Part shown: one piece after another, positions 8,023-18,573 of the stretch | Layout: every line of letters begins with the position of its first letter | Position numbering within the stretch: position 1 is the stretch's first letter | Assembly (NCBI GenBank): GCA_004431415.1 | Contig: QPMI01000095.1 | Span: 62,001 to 126,000 of the forward strand | DNA from: Cyanophora paradoxa CCMP329 | Taxonomy: Eukaryota; Plantae; Glaucophyta | Length of the DNA stretch: 64,000 nucleotides | Direction: 5' to 3' | The notes under the pieces: model-generated | Told to the model about the DNA's origin: nothing | Database searches by the model: none | The model's input: the letters and a program-made list of their open reading frames with translations, nothing else | Position numbers and translations under genes: made by a program

Positions 8023-11000
8023 GGGGAACCGTGCTGTAATATTCGTCAGGAATAATCTTTCGTTTCGTATACTCCGTTTTGTTGAGTATTCGGCTGAATG
8101 GAATCTGAATTATAGAGCTGAAGTCGATCCCAGCATCGCGTTGCTTTCCATTGGGCTTGAAAACACGCGCTAGTTTAGAATCTAGTGTGCACTGCGGCTG
8201 ATAACGTTCCTCTAGCATCCTTGTGAAGGCCTCCAAAGCAATTCGGTTATCAAGGGATTCCTTCTTTGCCACTGGATCACTCGGGAGCCAGTTCTCCTCT
8301 ATCCAGCTCTTCGGAATTCCCTTTGCCCGCACATGCAGATCTGGTTCCCCATTCGACCTCACAAAGTAGCAGCAATAAACCTTTGGGCCAATGAAGTAAG
8401 CCTCAGTAATTCTCCCTTGGATGTCATAATCTAGTTTCCCCAGCTCGCTCTCGCAGATCATTCTATTCCCTTCCTCCTCTGACATTCCTCAACTGAATAT
8501 GGCTGCTTCATGCAGTCCTTCAGAAGCTCAGCAAACCTCCTGTGCACGATCATAGAATCTGTATCTGTGTAGTATGGCATTGCCTCTACGTCCTTATATG
8601 AGTTCATCCTCACCAAAAATCGATCCATGATTTCGCGGCTGTAGGAGAGGATAAATGCACCAACAAAGCAAGGCTTCGAAACGCAGGCATCCCGCCTATA
8701 CTCAGGGATCTCAAATGTGACGTACATTCTCGTATCATTCTCTATGTCAATGTCTGTAATCGTCGATGATCGCTGTATCTCCTTGAATCGTCTGTAGTTT
8801 GAGACCAGCTCGGTTGTCTCAATTACTGGACGCTGAGCAAATTTTCCATAGAGCCCATTCAAGAGGATCTTCGCCGTAGCATACTGGGCGGTCCCCTTTC
8901 GTGAGCGTGCTTTCATGCAGTACAGCTTCTCAATGTAATCTTTGAACATTCGTTCCTTGCCCTCAAACAAGTACACCTCGTGCAGCTCTGTGATCTCAAC
9001 TCCCAGTGCTATTGCCCGGTAGATATCGACTGAGGTGTACATTTCTTTCTCAATAGGCTTCAAGTTAGACCATCCCAGATTGGCTTCGTGGCGGGGAAGG
9101 GGAGAGAGCACAAGATCCTGAGGAATTTTAGCGCTAATCTTTGCAACAAACAGCTGTTCCATTTTCCTGCTCAGCATAAACTTGCGGAATCGCTCTAGCT
9201 CCGCTTGATCGGTGATGCATTTGAATTTACCAGTGGGAAAGTAATTAAAGTACATAGCCGTCGGATAGAGAGAGACCACATCCAGATCTACCAAGTAATC
9301 ATCTGGACCCTTCGAGACAAACTTCCGCTTGAATGGTAGGCATCGCCCTCCGTAAATCGCTTTGCGAAAAATCTGGTCCTCCTTGTATTTCGGTAGCAGC
9401 ACTTCCGTTTTCATCAGCTGCCTGTGGATCTGAAAAGCCATCGCCGATGCTGTCAAGGTGCGCTTCGAATTCACATTGATCCCAAATAGATCAAAACATG
9501 TCCGAGCGTACTTAATATACAGCTCAGTCATCGACCGAACGTCAGCTCTCAAATATTCGCTCCAGGCTTCCTTGTGAATCTCAACGTCATCCCACGCTCT
9601 TATCTTTCGGTGGTCAAAATCCCTTTCAAGGTGGTGCACCCGTAGTCCTTCCCAGCCTGCCGCAGTGAGCCCTGTATGTGCAAACAGGGGTCAAAGCTTT
9701 TAAACTCTCCCCAGCCAGCGTCTTCCACTCCATGCTCTTGATCTTTCCGGATGAGCGCATCACCTTGACCTGGCAGTCTGGGCGGTTCTGGACAAGCCAC
9801 TTATAGATAAATATCAAGTCGAAGCCGCTGCCATTGAAGAATACTAGAGTCGACTTTTCTTTCCAGTCGTCAAGCCAGAGCATAAACTGTTCCAGAGTTT
9901 CGGGGCCGCAGAACGATTTCGTTTCCGTGATCTCTCCTTTGCTAATTATGTCCATATCGACTGCGTACGGAACGTGGGTCGTGCGGTTGGGTGCAAACGT
10001 TTCAAAGTCTGCCGCTATGACTGAGTTTAGGGCTGTAAACTCTTCCTCGGGCTCGCATGGCTTGATTTTGCGTTCAATAACGCTCTTGTTCCTCACTGCT
10101 TCATCGCATTTGCTTGCATGGTCCTCCTTCGGATTGTAGGCGCAGCGGCAGGTATAGCAGAAGCGGCAGGTTTCCTTGTGAGTCGCCAAATCATACTGCA
10201 TCTTTCCGCAGGCTCTGCACTTCTGCATCTCGCACGTTCTCTTATCTTTAATTAGAAAGCAGTGCGCATCGACCACGCAAAGGTGGGCTCGGCGTTCAAA
10301 GCCAAATTCAGTTGAAAATAGGAGCTTGAACTTCGACGCGCTGCGGTCCGAGACCCACTCGAAAATGCTTGCATCGATTCTATAGTGCTGGCTCAGCTTG
10401 CGTATGGTAGGTTCATCGACTACAATTAGGCCCGTGGAAGCCCCAGCTGTGTGCGAATTGAACTGTAATCAACATGCTGAAGCTTCTTATATACTCTCTC
10501 AAGGTTCAGGCGACCGGGATTGAGCTTCTCATGCTCAAAGCATTCAAGCACGCAGTTGTCCTCTGGAGAGATCGGACAGTAGATCTTGTTCATCGTTAGA
10601 GCCTTCCCTCCAAAGGGCAGCTTAGGTACATTTCCCAGAGCCCCTGCTGCGTTTTCTGCGATAAGCACCTCGATCTGCACGACTGGCCAGACATCAGTGT
10701 CCTCGTAGGGCTGCTGCGCTAGCATCCAACTCTCCATCTTCTCCGCGAGATTTGCTAGAAGTGACTGCATCGTGCCCTCCTCTATGGTCGCAAGCTGCGT
10801 GCGGTACATGTGGAAATTCTCAAAATGAAAGCGAATTAAAACAGCAGCTCCAATCCTCTCTGGGATTCGCAGCTCATTCAGAAACGCTATCGTCAATTCT
10901 TTCACTCTCTCTGGATCAGCTGTCGGCTCTATCTCTATAATGTCCTTCGTGAAAAGCAGCCCTGGATACTCGTGGTGAGTATAGGTGCGAACTACGTTAA

Positions 11001-11331
11001 CGTTGGCCGATGCCTGCTCGCGGAATAGCCCTGATATAGCTTCCGCAACTTCATCAATCTCCTGTGTTGCTGCTGCTCGCGCAGCCTGCGCCCTCTCAAA
11101 ATGAGCGGCAACGTCTCGCCCGTACAGCGGACGCTGAGGCCTTTCTGTCCCCTGCAGCCTGAGCAGTGATGCTAGAGAGGATCGGAGTGTGTCAGTGTGG
11201 GTCCTGGTGTTTGAAAGAGGCCGCAGTAGCGAGTTCCTATACGTTGCATTAATGTAGCCTCGCTCATACAGCCTCTGTGCAAGCTCGTTGATTTCGGTTC
11301 TAAGGCTAGCTCTTACGGCTCGGGAGCTCAT
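7961..11331 (-). CDS. Protein-primed family B DNA polymerase (~1124 aa after repairing four -1 frameshifts at ~10431, ~9709, ~9621, ~8468)
   Basis: ExoI AADFET, ExoII FFNGSGFDL, ExoIII YLRADV, PolA DLDVVSLYPTAM, PolB KILLNGLYGKFAQ, PolC YTDTDS, PKVY and AKGI. The long N-terminal extension has Cys/His clusters. Confidence 0.93.
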
Positions 11332-11470
11332 GTTTCGATTAATGATACAATCAGAAAACTTTTTCGAAATTCAGCGCGCACAATCTCTGATTGATAACTA
11401 TCATCGCGTTTTCTTTAAGGCTTGCACAGCTACAGCTGAAGCTGATCACTTAAGTTGGCCGCGAGAGCTG

Positions 11471-11672
11471 TAAAAATAGGGGTATGAGACTTCTAGTATT
11501 TGTTTGTCCAGTTCCCACCGCAGCCGTTTGCTCTTACACTTCCCGACAATCGCTATCGATTTCTGTAACTTTTAAGTAGATTGTCGGAAGGTATAAAAAT
11601 AGGGGTATGAGACTTCTAGTATTTGTTTGTCGGAAGGTATAAAAATAGGGGTATGAGACTTCTAGTATTTGT
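11471..11672. repeat. Subterminal direct repeat array A (~46-47-bp unit; one partial copy at 11471 and two tandem copies from 11581)
   Basis: TAAAAATAGGGGTATGAGACTTCTAGTATTTGT occurs three times. Confidence 0.9.
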
Positions 11673-11674
11673 TA

Positions 11675-11957
11675 TAACTTTTGAAGTATTAGTCCAGATC
11701 TCCTATAGTCTTATTTTTATACTTCCCGACAATAACTTTTGAAATGTTAGTCCAGATCTCCTATAGTCTTATTTTTATACTTCCCGACAATAACTTTCGA
11801 AATATTAGTCCAGATCTCCTATAGTCTTATTTTTATACTTCCCGACAATCGATATCGCTGTAACTTTTGAAATGTTAGTCCAGATCTCCTATAGTCTTAT
11901 TTTTATACTTCCCGACAATAACTTTCGAAATATTAGTCCAGATCTCCTATAGTCTTA
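11675..11957. repeat. Subterminal tandem repeat array B (58-bp unit, four full copies plus one partial)
   Basis: Unit TAACTTTTGAAATGTTAGTCCAGATCTCCTATAGTCTTATTTTTATACTTCCCGACAA starts at 11675, 11733, 11791, 11861 (after a 12-bp insertion) and 11919. Confidence 0.95.
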
Positions 11958-12241
11958 AAGGATCTAAACGCGAAGCTGATCCTTCGTAACTAGGCAATAA
12001 GTAAGCTACAAACTGTAGTTGACTCTGTTTTTACTAAGTAACGTGCTGGCTTTCCCACAGTGAGGCTATATACATCGAGTTTGATCTTTGAGACTGGGTT
12101 TTACTGAGGTCGCTTTCGGCAGCCTTTGCTTTTTCCAGTCGGGCTAGATTCGTTCTTTGGTCCATTGTTTGGGTATTTCGCATTCATCCGATCTGACATG
12201 TACGTAGGCTGGATGTAAGAAGATGCACAGAGCCATCCCTA

Positions 12242-12370
12242 AATTCACTTTGCTGGCGTGGGTTGGGCACCTCCCCGGGAATTTCTAGTGCGGCGTCAGC
12301 CAAGATGGCTTCCTGCCTTCGGCCTCTCAGTGGACACTAGAATGCCTAAGCTCATACCCTAAAGTGAATT
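12242..12370. other. Nested inverted repeats forming a multi-branched fold-back
   Basis: AATTCACTTT (12242-51) pairs with AAAGTGAATT (12361-70), and TTCTAGTG (12283-90) with CACTAGAA (12335-42). Wobble-containing helices lie between them, with inner hairpins AGCCA-AGA-TGGCT and GCC-TTC-GGC. Confidence 0.65.
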
Positions 12371-12555
12371 CCCAATCAGCCTCAAAGGCTCTCCCGTTAG
12401 CTACCTCCTCGAAGCTAAATCGAATTTTATTTTTCAACCCCTAAGGTACCCACGCACACGCCCTCCGGCACGTAATAGCAGAGGGAAACGTGTAAAACGA
12501 TTTTGGTACACGCACGGCAAAATCAGATCGATCTAGTGAGGGGAAGACGCTAAAT

Positions 12556-12612
12556 ACCCATGGAACCGCGGCCCGGAGCGAAGCGAAGTGGCCGTAAGCG
12601 GGGTCCATGGGT
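12556..12612. other. Terminal hairpin of the viral element
   Basis: ACCCATGGAACCGC...GCGGGGTCCATGGGT imperfect inverted repeat enclosing GCGAAGC. Confidence 0.6.
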
Positions 12613-12620
12613 GTACAACA

Positions 12621-15600
12621 TGGATACATCTCGTCGGCAGACCTCCAAAACTGCATACCTTGCGGCGCTGGTGGGGTCATTTTGTATCACGCAAGTCGGC
12701 TTTCGGCTCCGTGTTTCGTACCTGATATGCCTTTCGCCCCAGGCACTTACCGAGGGGAGAACATGACGGACTGCCTGCCTGTGCCGTCTCGCTCCACGGC
12801 ACTCGCTGGCTCGCCTGTCTGGACGGTCTGCGATGCCGGCTACGTGGCCGACGGGCCGCGGGCAACCTGCATCCCGTGCCCCGCGGGTGAGACTCCGCGA
12901 GGTTTCCGGGCAGCTCTCGATCTCACTGCGCTCTGTCCAGGTTCGTACCAGGTCAACGATTCTTGCGTACTCTGCGAAACGAACTGGGTCTCTTCGACAC
13001 CCGGGCTGGACCGCTGCGATCCGTGCGACAATGGCACCGTTGCGGTTGCGAACGGCCAGTTTTGCGTCCGTGCGCACGATGCCGTCCCCCATCGCACGGC
13101 CATACGTGCTGAGAGCGAAGTGCAGCGTGCCTGCCTGGGTTCTACCGGCACGAAGGCATGGTCGAGTGCGAGCGGGCGCCCCGCGGGGCGATCGCGGCGG
13201 GCGGCACCCGCAACTACACGATGTGCGAGCGGGGGAGCCGGCCGGACCTGGAGTTCACCTCGTGCGACCCCTGCGAGCGGGGCACCATCGAGGTGGATTG
13301 GGAGTGCGTCGACTGCGTCGGTGCGCCCCGGCTGCCCTGTTCGATCCTCCTTTCTCCTCTTCAATACTGAGCGAGCGCCCAGGGCTGCTGTACGCCCCGG
13401 ATCGGGGAATGACGAGCTGCAAGACCTGGTGCGACTCCGGCGCAAGGCCTGCGCCATCGGTGGCCACGCTGATGCGATTTTCGCAGTGCGCCGGGGACGA
13501 TCCCCACCCCGGACAGACAGGGCTGCGCGACATGCTCGCGGGGATACTTCCGGTCGGAAAACATGTCTTCCTGCGAGCAGGTGAGCTGCTTCTCCTAGCG
13601 CTTAATTCCAAGTTTATATGACATGTGCGGCCTATCAGTGTCCGCACGGCGAATTCACGAGCGCGCCAGGCTCCTCGTCCTGCTCGCCCTGGTGCGACCT
13701 CTAGGCGACGTTTTCTCGTAGCTGTAGACAACTGGATGCGCGCTCACAATCTTGGCGGCGGCAGCCCGCGCGGGACCGAGAGCTCCCTGAACAGGGCCGA
13801 GTGCGACCTGTGCCGGGCCGGCTTCTACGAGCGGAACAGCACCTGCACACCTTGCAGGGTGCACGGGCGCCGAATAAACTGCTTATCCTTGTTTTCCTTT
13901 TAGCCCTAGCTGGCCTGACGCGACCGCAGGACGGCTTCTGGAGCGCGCCGGGCGCGTCTGCGTGCGTGCCCTGCCCGCCGGGCTACATCAGCAACGACGA
14001 TCGGTCCGGATGCCTGCCGTGCCGCGGGGGGACTTTCCGTGGAGACTCCGTGCGGCCGTTTCATTTCCTCTAGATCTGTGCATGCTCCGCGTATCCGCGT
14101 GTTCGCTGACTTGCCATGGCCATGGCAATCAATATCGCAGAACGCCTGCCTCCCATGCAAAACCGTGCGCGCTAGGAGTATGAGATGTGCACGTGATACC
14201 GTGCTTCGGGGCTGACGGGCACGCGGTTTCATGATCAGGGTCTCTGGTCCCCTCCCGCGACGAGCGGGAGCTGCCTGGAGCCGCCCTGGGGCCACTACGC
14301 GTCCAACGACAGCACGCGCTATGTCCCGTGCGACGCCGGCTTCTTCGAGTGGCTGCCAAAAAACGCGAGCCGCCCTCGGAAGTGTCTGCAGGTGCGCAAG
14401 CGTGCGTTTAATTTGCATCCCTCAACAAAAGCCGCCGTCCCTGGTTTAATTAATTTCTCTGCAGTGCCCGCTGGGGACGTTCGCTCCAAAAGAAGGGGCG
14501 TACGAGCGATGCTCGAACTGCTCGCTGGGTTTCTACTCTGCGCCCGATTTTCGGTCTTGTCTGCCGTGCCAACCGGTGAGGCCCAGCTTATCGCCAGCAA
14601 ATTTCGATGCGCGCGTGAAACACCGCTGACTGCCTGCAATGTTGTTTCTCGTTTGCAGGGCTCATACAGAGGCGCGAACCACTCCACCTGCCAGGCCTGT
14701 CCGACTGCGACCGTTGCGCGCCGTGAGGGAATGAAGCAGTGTGAGCCGTGGTGCGGGTCAGGATTTATGGCGTCGCATGTTCCACACGTGTTGTGTAGTG
14801 CACTATCGATATATCTGATTTCCGGTCGTTCGCGTCTCAGCCCACCGGGAAAGGTTCCGAGAAAGGACAGAGCCGAATGTGTCGGTGCGTTCAGTGGACG
14901 TACGCGTCGCATACACATCGTATCGAATTATATCAACGCCTTCAAATTTATTGGCTCGCTTTATTGCAGGCTGTGGAAGCGGCACTGCGCCCATTGGTGG
15001 GACATGTGTCCGTTGCGACTCCGTCTCTGTGGCATCGCCTGGAGGTTTGCGCTGTTTTTCTGTATTTGATTTCTTCCTTTGGGGGATATTTTCAACAAGA
15101 TTATTTTGCAGACGCGAATTGCGCGCCCTGCCCCGAGGGCTCCGTCGCAAACAATCTCGGAACGTCGTGCCTCGCCTGCGGCGTGTCGACCTACCGGCCT
15201 GCAGGCGCTGCGTCGTGCCTCAAGTGCCCCCGCAATACCGTCTCCAGTAACGGGAGCTCCTCCTGCACGCAATGCGAAGGCGGTTATGTAGTGCGTTCCG
15301 CGCTTAAATATGATGTTGAAATCGATAGGCGAAGTGCGCTAACACGAATTCGAACTTGCAATCGTCGAATTTCGCAGTCGGACGAAGCCCAGGCGGTTTG
15401 TGTCCCGTGTGCTCGCGGCCAGTACCGGAACGCTTCTATGGACTACTGCTCCCCTTGGTTTGCACCGCCCGTGCAGGCTTCGCTACTTGTGCTCAATTCG
15501 AAATTAAATGCCGCGCAGCCCGCCTGGCTTGATGGCGGCCAATGACGGCTCTTCTGCCTGCGTTCCATGCTCCGTCACGCAGCTCTGTCCAAGTCCGTCC

Positions 15601-18573
15601 GCTTTGCGCTTGCGGAATACCAGAGTATTTTATATGATCTTTCGAATTTCTGACGACGTGTGTACGTAGTTGGCACGGCCGACCCCGTCGAGATCCCTCA
15701 GTACGCGGACGTCGTCGGGAGGATTCAAGAGGCCGTCATCGAAAATCGGGACAGTCTTCGGCGCAGGCGAGCAGTCCGGTGAAATCAAGAGCTTGAAGCC
15801 GTCGCGCCTCGTAAACGCGGTCGCCGCAGGCGCCTGCTCCAGTACGCCATCAACTCTTTTGTGGTGGAGACTTTCGCGACTGACACGGTCAACGCCACCA
15901 TCACGCGCCCCGTGCGCTCTGCGCTCCAGTTCCGATCATAAAGATTTCGAGCTGACGCACCTACGCAGGCGATCGAGGACGAGTCCGTCGCTTTCGCGCG
16001 GCTCTACCGCATCGTCCTCTACATCGCGGCCGGCGTGGCCGCCCTCGTCATCGCCGCCGCCATCGCCGTCTGCGCCCAACTGAAGACCGCGTCTGAAGAG
16101 CGCGCTGCCGGGCGCTACCGCCAGGTCCGAGGCTCGGCGGCGCCTCATTTCAGCATGCGAAAATAAAGACCAATGCAATTGCTCGTTCTACTGTAGCTAG
16201 CTCTAGATCTGAGCTGTCCGGCAGGTCGCCAAGATGAACTTTCTATACCGTGAGGTGGTCGACCAGGCGCTGGAGGAGCGCGAGGAGCTGGAGGCGGCGT
16301 CGGGCCTGCTGCGCGCCGCCGGCTCCGTCTTCGCCATTGCTGGCCTGGGCCTCCTCGCGGTCGCGGCGGCCTTTGTCATCTTGCAGTACATCCTGGCCAA
16401 CTACACGGTCTGAACGATCCGAAATGTGGTGATGCTCGCAGACCAGAGTACTGACATCGGCTTCAATTCGCAACATGTACAGGTCGTGCAGACTCTGCTG
16501 GGCGGAGCGTCCCCCTCGGCGGGCAACATCACGGGCGTCTTCGCCGTGCGGGCCGCCTTCGTAGGCTACCCCGGGCCCTGCATCGTGCGGGGCTCGGCAG
16601 CCTTTCCGGACCCCGAGAGCGCGCTCGGCGCCGCCGCTGTGCTGGTCGGCGCGACGGCCTCTGTCCGCGGAATTGCACCTGCCGGTCTCATGGCCAGTCA
16701 TCCGGGCCCGCAGCTGTCCGCACTATACAACGAGACCCAACGGGCGTGCATGTGCGCAGCTTTGAGAGAACTATTTCCATTGCGTTGCAATTGCGAGTAA
16801 AATCTCGCCAAACAGAGTGGAATGGCTGTGCCGGGAATGCGAGCTGTCGGCCGCGACGAATGTCTCCATCGAGCTCCGCCTTGTGTCTCGGATGGCCCTT
16901 GCCGTCGCCGTCACGTACAGAATCGAGGTGTGTGCACCACATCGACGAAAATCAACTTGCGATTGGCCTCGCACTCACGGGGCCCGGCCTCAGGTTCCTA
17001 CCAACCTGACGATTGAGGGCCGGGTCCGAACGCGATCCGACGCGAGACTCGGCGCCTTCCGCGGTCTCCGGCCCGTCGTCGCTCCGCTCTCGCTTATCCC
17101 GCTCCACTTCGACGTGCGAACGCCCCTGCCCAACGCAAGCGGCAGTGCGGCTCATTAGATATTCGATCCGTGTTTCAATTTTTTGCTTACAGGACGCTCG
17201 CGATGGGAGCCCGCGGTACGACACGTCGCTCTGGCCGTCGTCGAACGAGGCCGCCGAGGTCGAAGAGGCGTCCTTCGTGCGCCCCGTTCGATTCTCAGAG
17301 ACGTGTCCGAAACTCTCTCGGGGTCCTAACCCGCGACGGGCCGACAGAGCCTGTGCTCCGTGTCTCTTCCGTTGTCGGACCCGTCCTGCGCTGGCGAATC
17401 CGTCGCTTTTCGCGCGGCCTTCGAGCTGAGCGACCTCCACGTCAGGGTGCGCGGCCCGGCCTGCAGCTGCAAACGTGGCGCCCGCGCAGCGTCGGCCGCG
17501 GAGTCTGACGGCGGCTCGGGCAGGTGAGCCGGGTGGAGCGGGCGTCGCTCCTGGACATGCTGGCGGACCTGTCGGCCCTCGGCGGCAGCGCCGTCGACGT
17601 CGGCTGCCAGATGCTCCTCGCCTACATCGCCGTTCTGCAGCTTTTGCAGGCGAGCAGCGCCTGTCCCGTGCGGTCCTTCATTTCCACGTCTAGATCTGAG
17701 CCGGCCTCGCAGCGGTACCCGCGGTTCGCGAAGTACATAGCGGGGCGGGGGGCGCAGCAGGCGGCCCTCGTCGACGCCAGGAGCTCGCGGACCTCGTCGC
17801 TGCCGGGCTCGAGCGACCGCGAGGGCCTGGGCGCGCTGGCCCCCGGGGCGCGCACCCTCGTCGTCGCGGACGTCGGGGAGGGCATCGGGCTGCAGCTCGC
17901 GCGGTCGCCGCTGCCGCGGGCGCAGTCGTGGGCGGCGAGGGCGCGCGCCTTCCTCCAGCGCCGCGGCTCCAGCGCCGGCTCCGCCGCGAGCGCCTCGTCG
18001 GCCCCCGCCTGCGAGGCGCCGCCCCGCTCCGCCCTCTCCGCCGCCGACGCCAACATTCCGAAGGCGGCGCCGAAGGAGGTCCAGCTGCAGCCCGCCGGCG
18101 GATTCGCGAACCAGGCGCTGTGGGAGGGCGCCGGCCCGAGCTCGAGCTCGGAGGCGCTGGCGCTGGAGCTGGAGCTCCCCCCCGACCTCGAGGCCAGCTC
18201 CTCCAGCTCGGGCGCCGTGCTCGCCTCGAGCGCCGCCCTCGCCTCCACCCGCCAGAGCTCCCTGCCCCCGGAGCCCCTCAAGGGCCCAGGCGGGCCGCCC
18301 GCGCCGGACCTCGAGCTCCCTAGGCCTCCGGCCCCCGCGGCGCCCCCGGAGCGCCGGCAGCCGCCGCGCTCCTTCGAGCTCGACGCGCCGGCGCTCAGGG
18401 GCGCCGCCCGCGCCCCCTCCAGCGCCAGGTCGCTCCCGCTGGGCCGCGCCGTCGGGCTGGACCGCGCCCTGGATCTGGACCTCCCTCCCGCGGCCGCGGA
18501 CGCTGCAGCCGATCGTGATCGATATCAGCAATCGAATGCACGCCCGATACGTTATGATCGATATCGCATCTAG
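12621..18573 (+). CDS. Host multi-exon gene (5' part missing or displaced): many Cys-rich GCC2/GCC3- or TNFR-like repeats followed by transmembrane segments
   Basis: Repeated exons such as GYISSADLQNCIPCGAG, CPPGYISNDDRSGCLPCRGGTF and CAPCPEGSVANNLGTSCLACGVSTY. Hydrophobic segments at ~16010-16075, ~16320-16395 and ~17560-17650. Exon structure and 3' end are approximate. Confidence 0.7.

Larger units (their letters stand above)
1..12620. mobile_element. Endogenous Polinton-like (Maverick/PLV-type) DNA virus; right part only, left end outside window
   Basis: Compact intronless gene block with lower GC than the flank. It encodes pPolB, rve integrase, A32 ATPase, DJR major capsid and two penton-like proteins, followed by a non-coding terminal region with repeats. 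The right boundary is inferred from the ...CAACA end and resumption of a host exon at 12621. Confidence 0.9.

Noticed and set aside
3228-10433. Programmed ribosomal frameshifting in MCP, integrase and pPolB
   Set aside because: There are no consistent slippery heptamers, four shifts in one gene are implausible, and the lesions follow the + strand of the assembly rather than the coding strand.
11471-11957. CRISPR-like array
   Set aside because: Units repeat end to end with no unique spacers, and no cas genes are present.
12035-12166. 43-aa minus-strand ORF MDQRTNLARLEKAK...
   Set aside because: Too short, with no motif, and within the presumed non-coding terminal region.
12290-12335. Hammerhead ribozyme on the minus strand (CTGAGAG-GCCGAAGGC-AGGAA)
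   Set aside because: The core departs from CUGANGA...GAAA and I could not build stems I and III.
1-12620. Bacterial prophage or contamination
   Set aside because: The gene set (A32 ATPase, rve integrase, pPolB, DJR capsid) is of eukaryotic Polinton type and it abuts a spliced host gene. Read support for the junction still needs checking.
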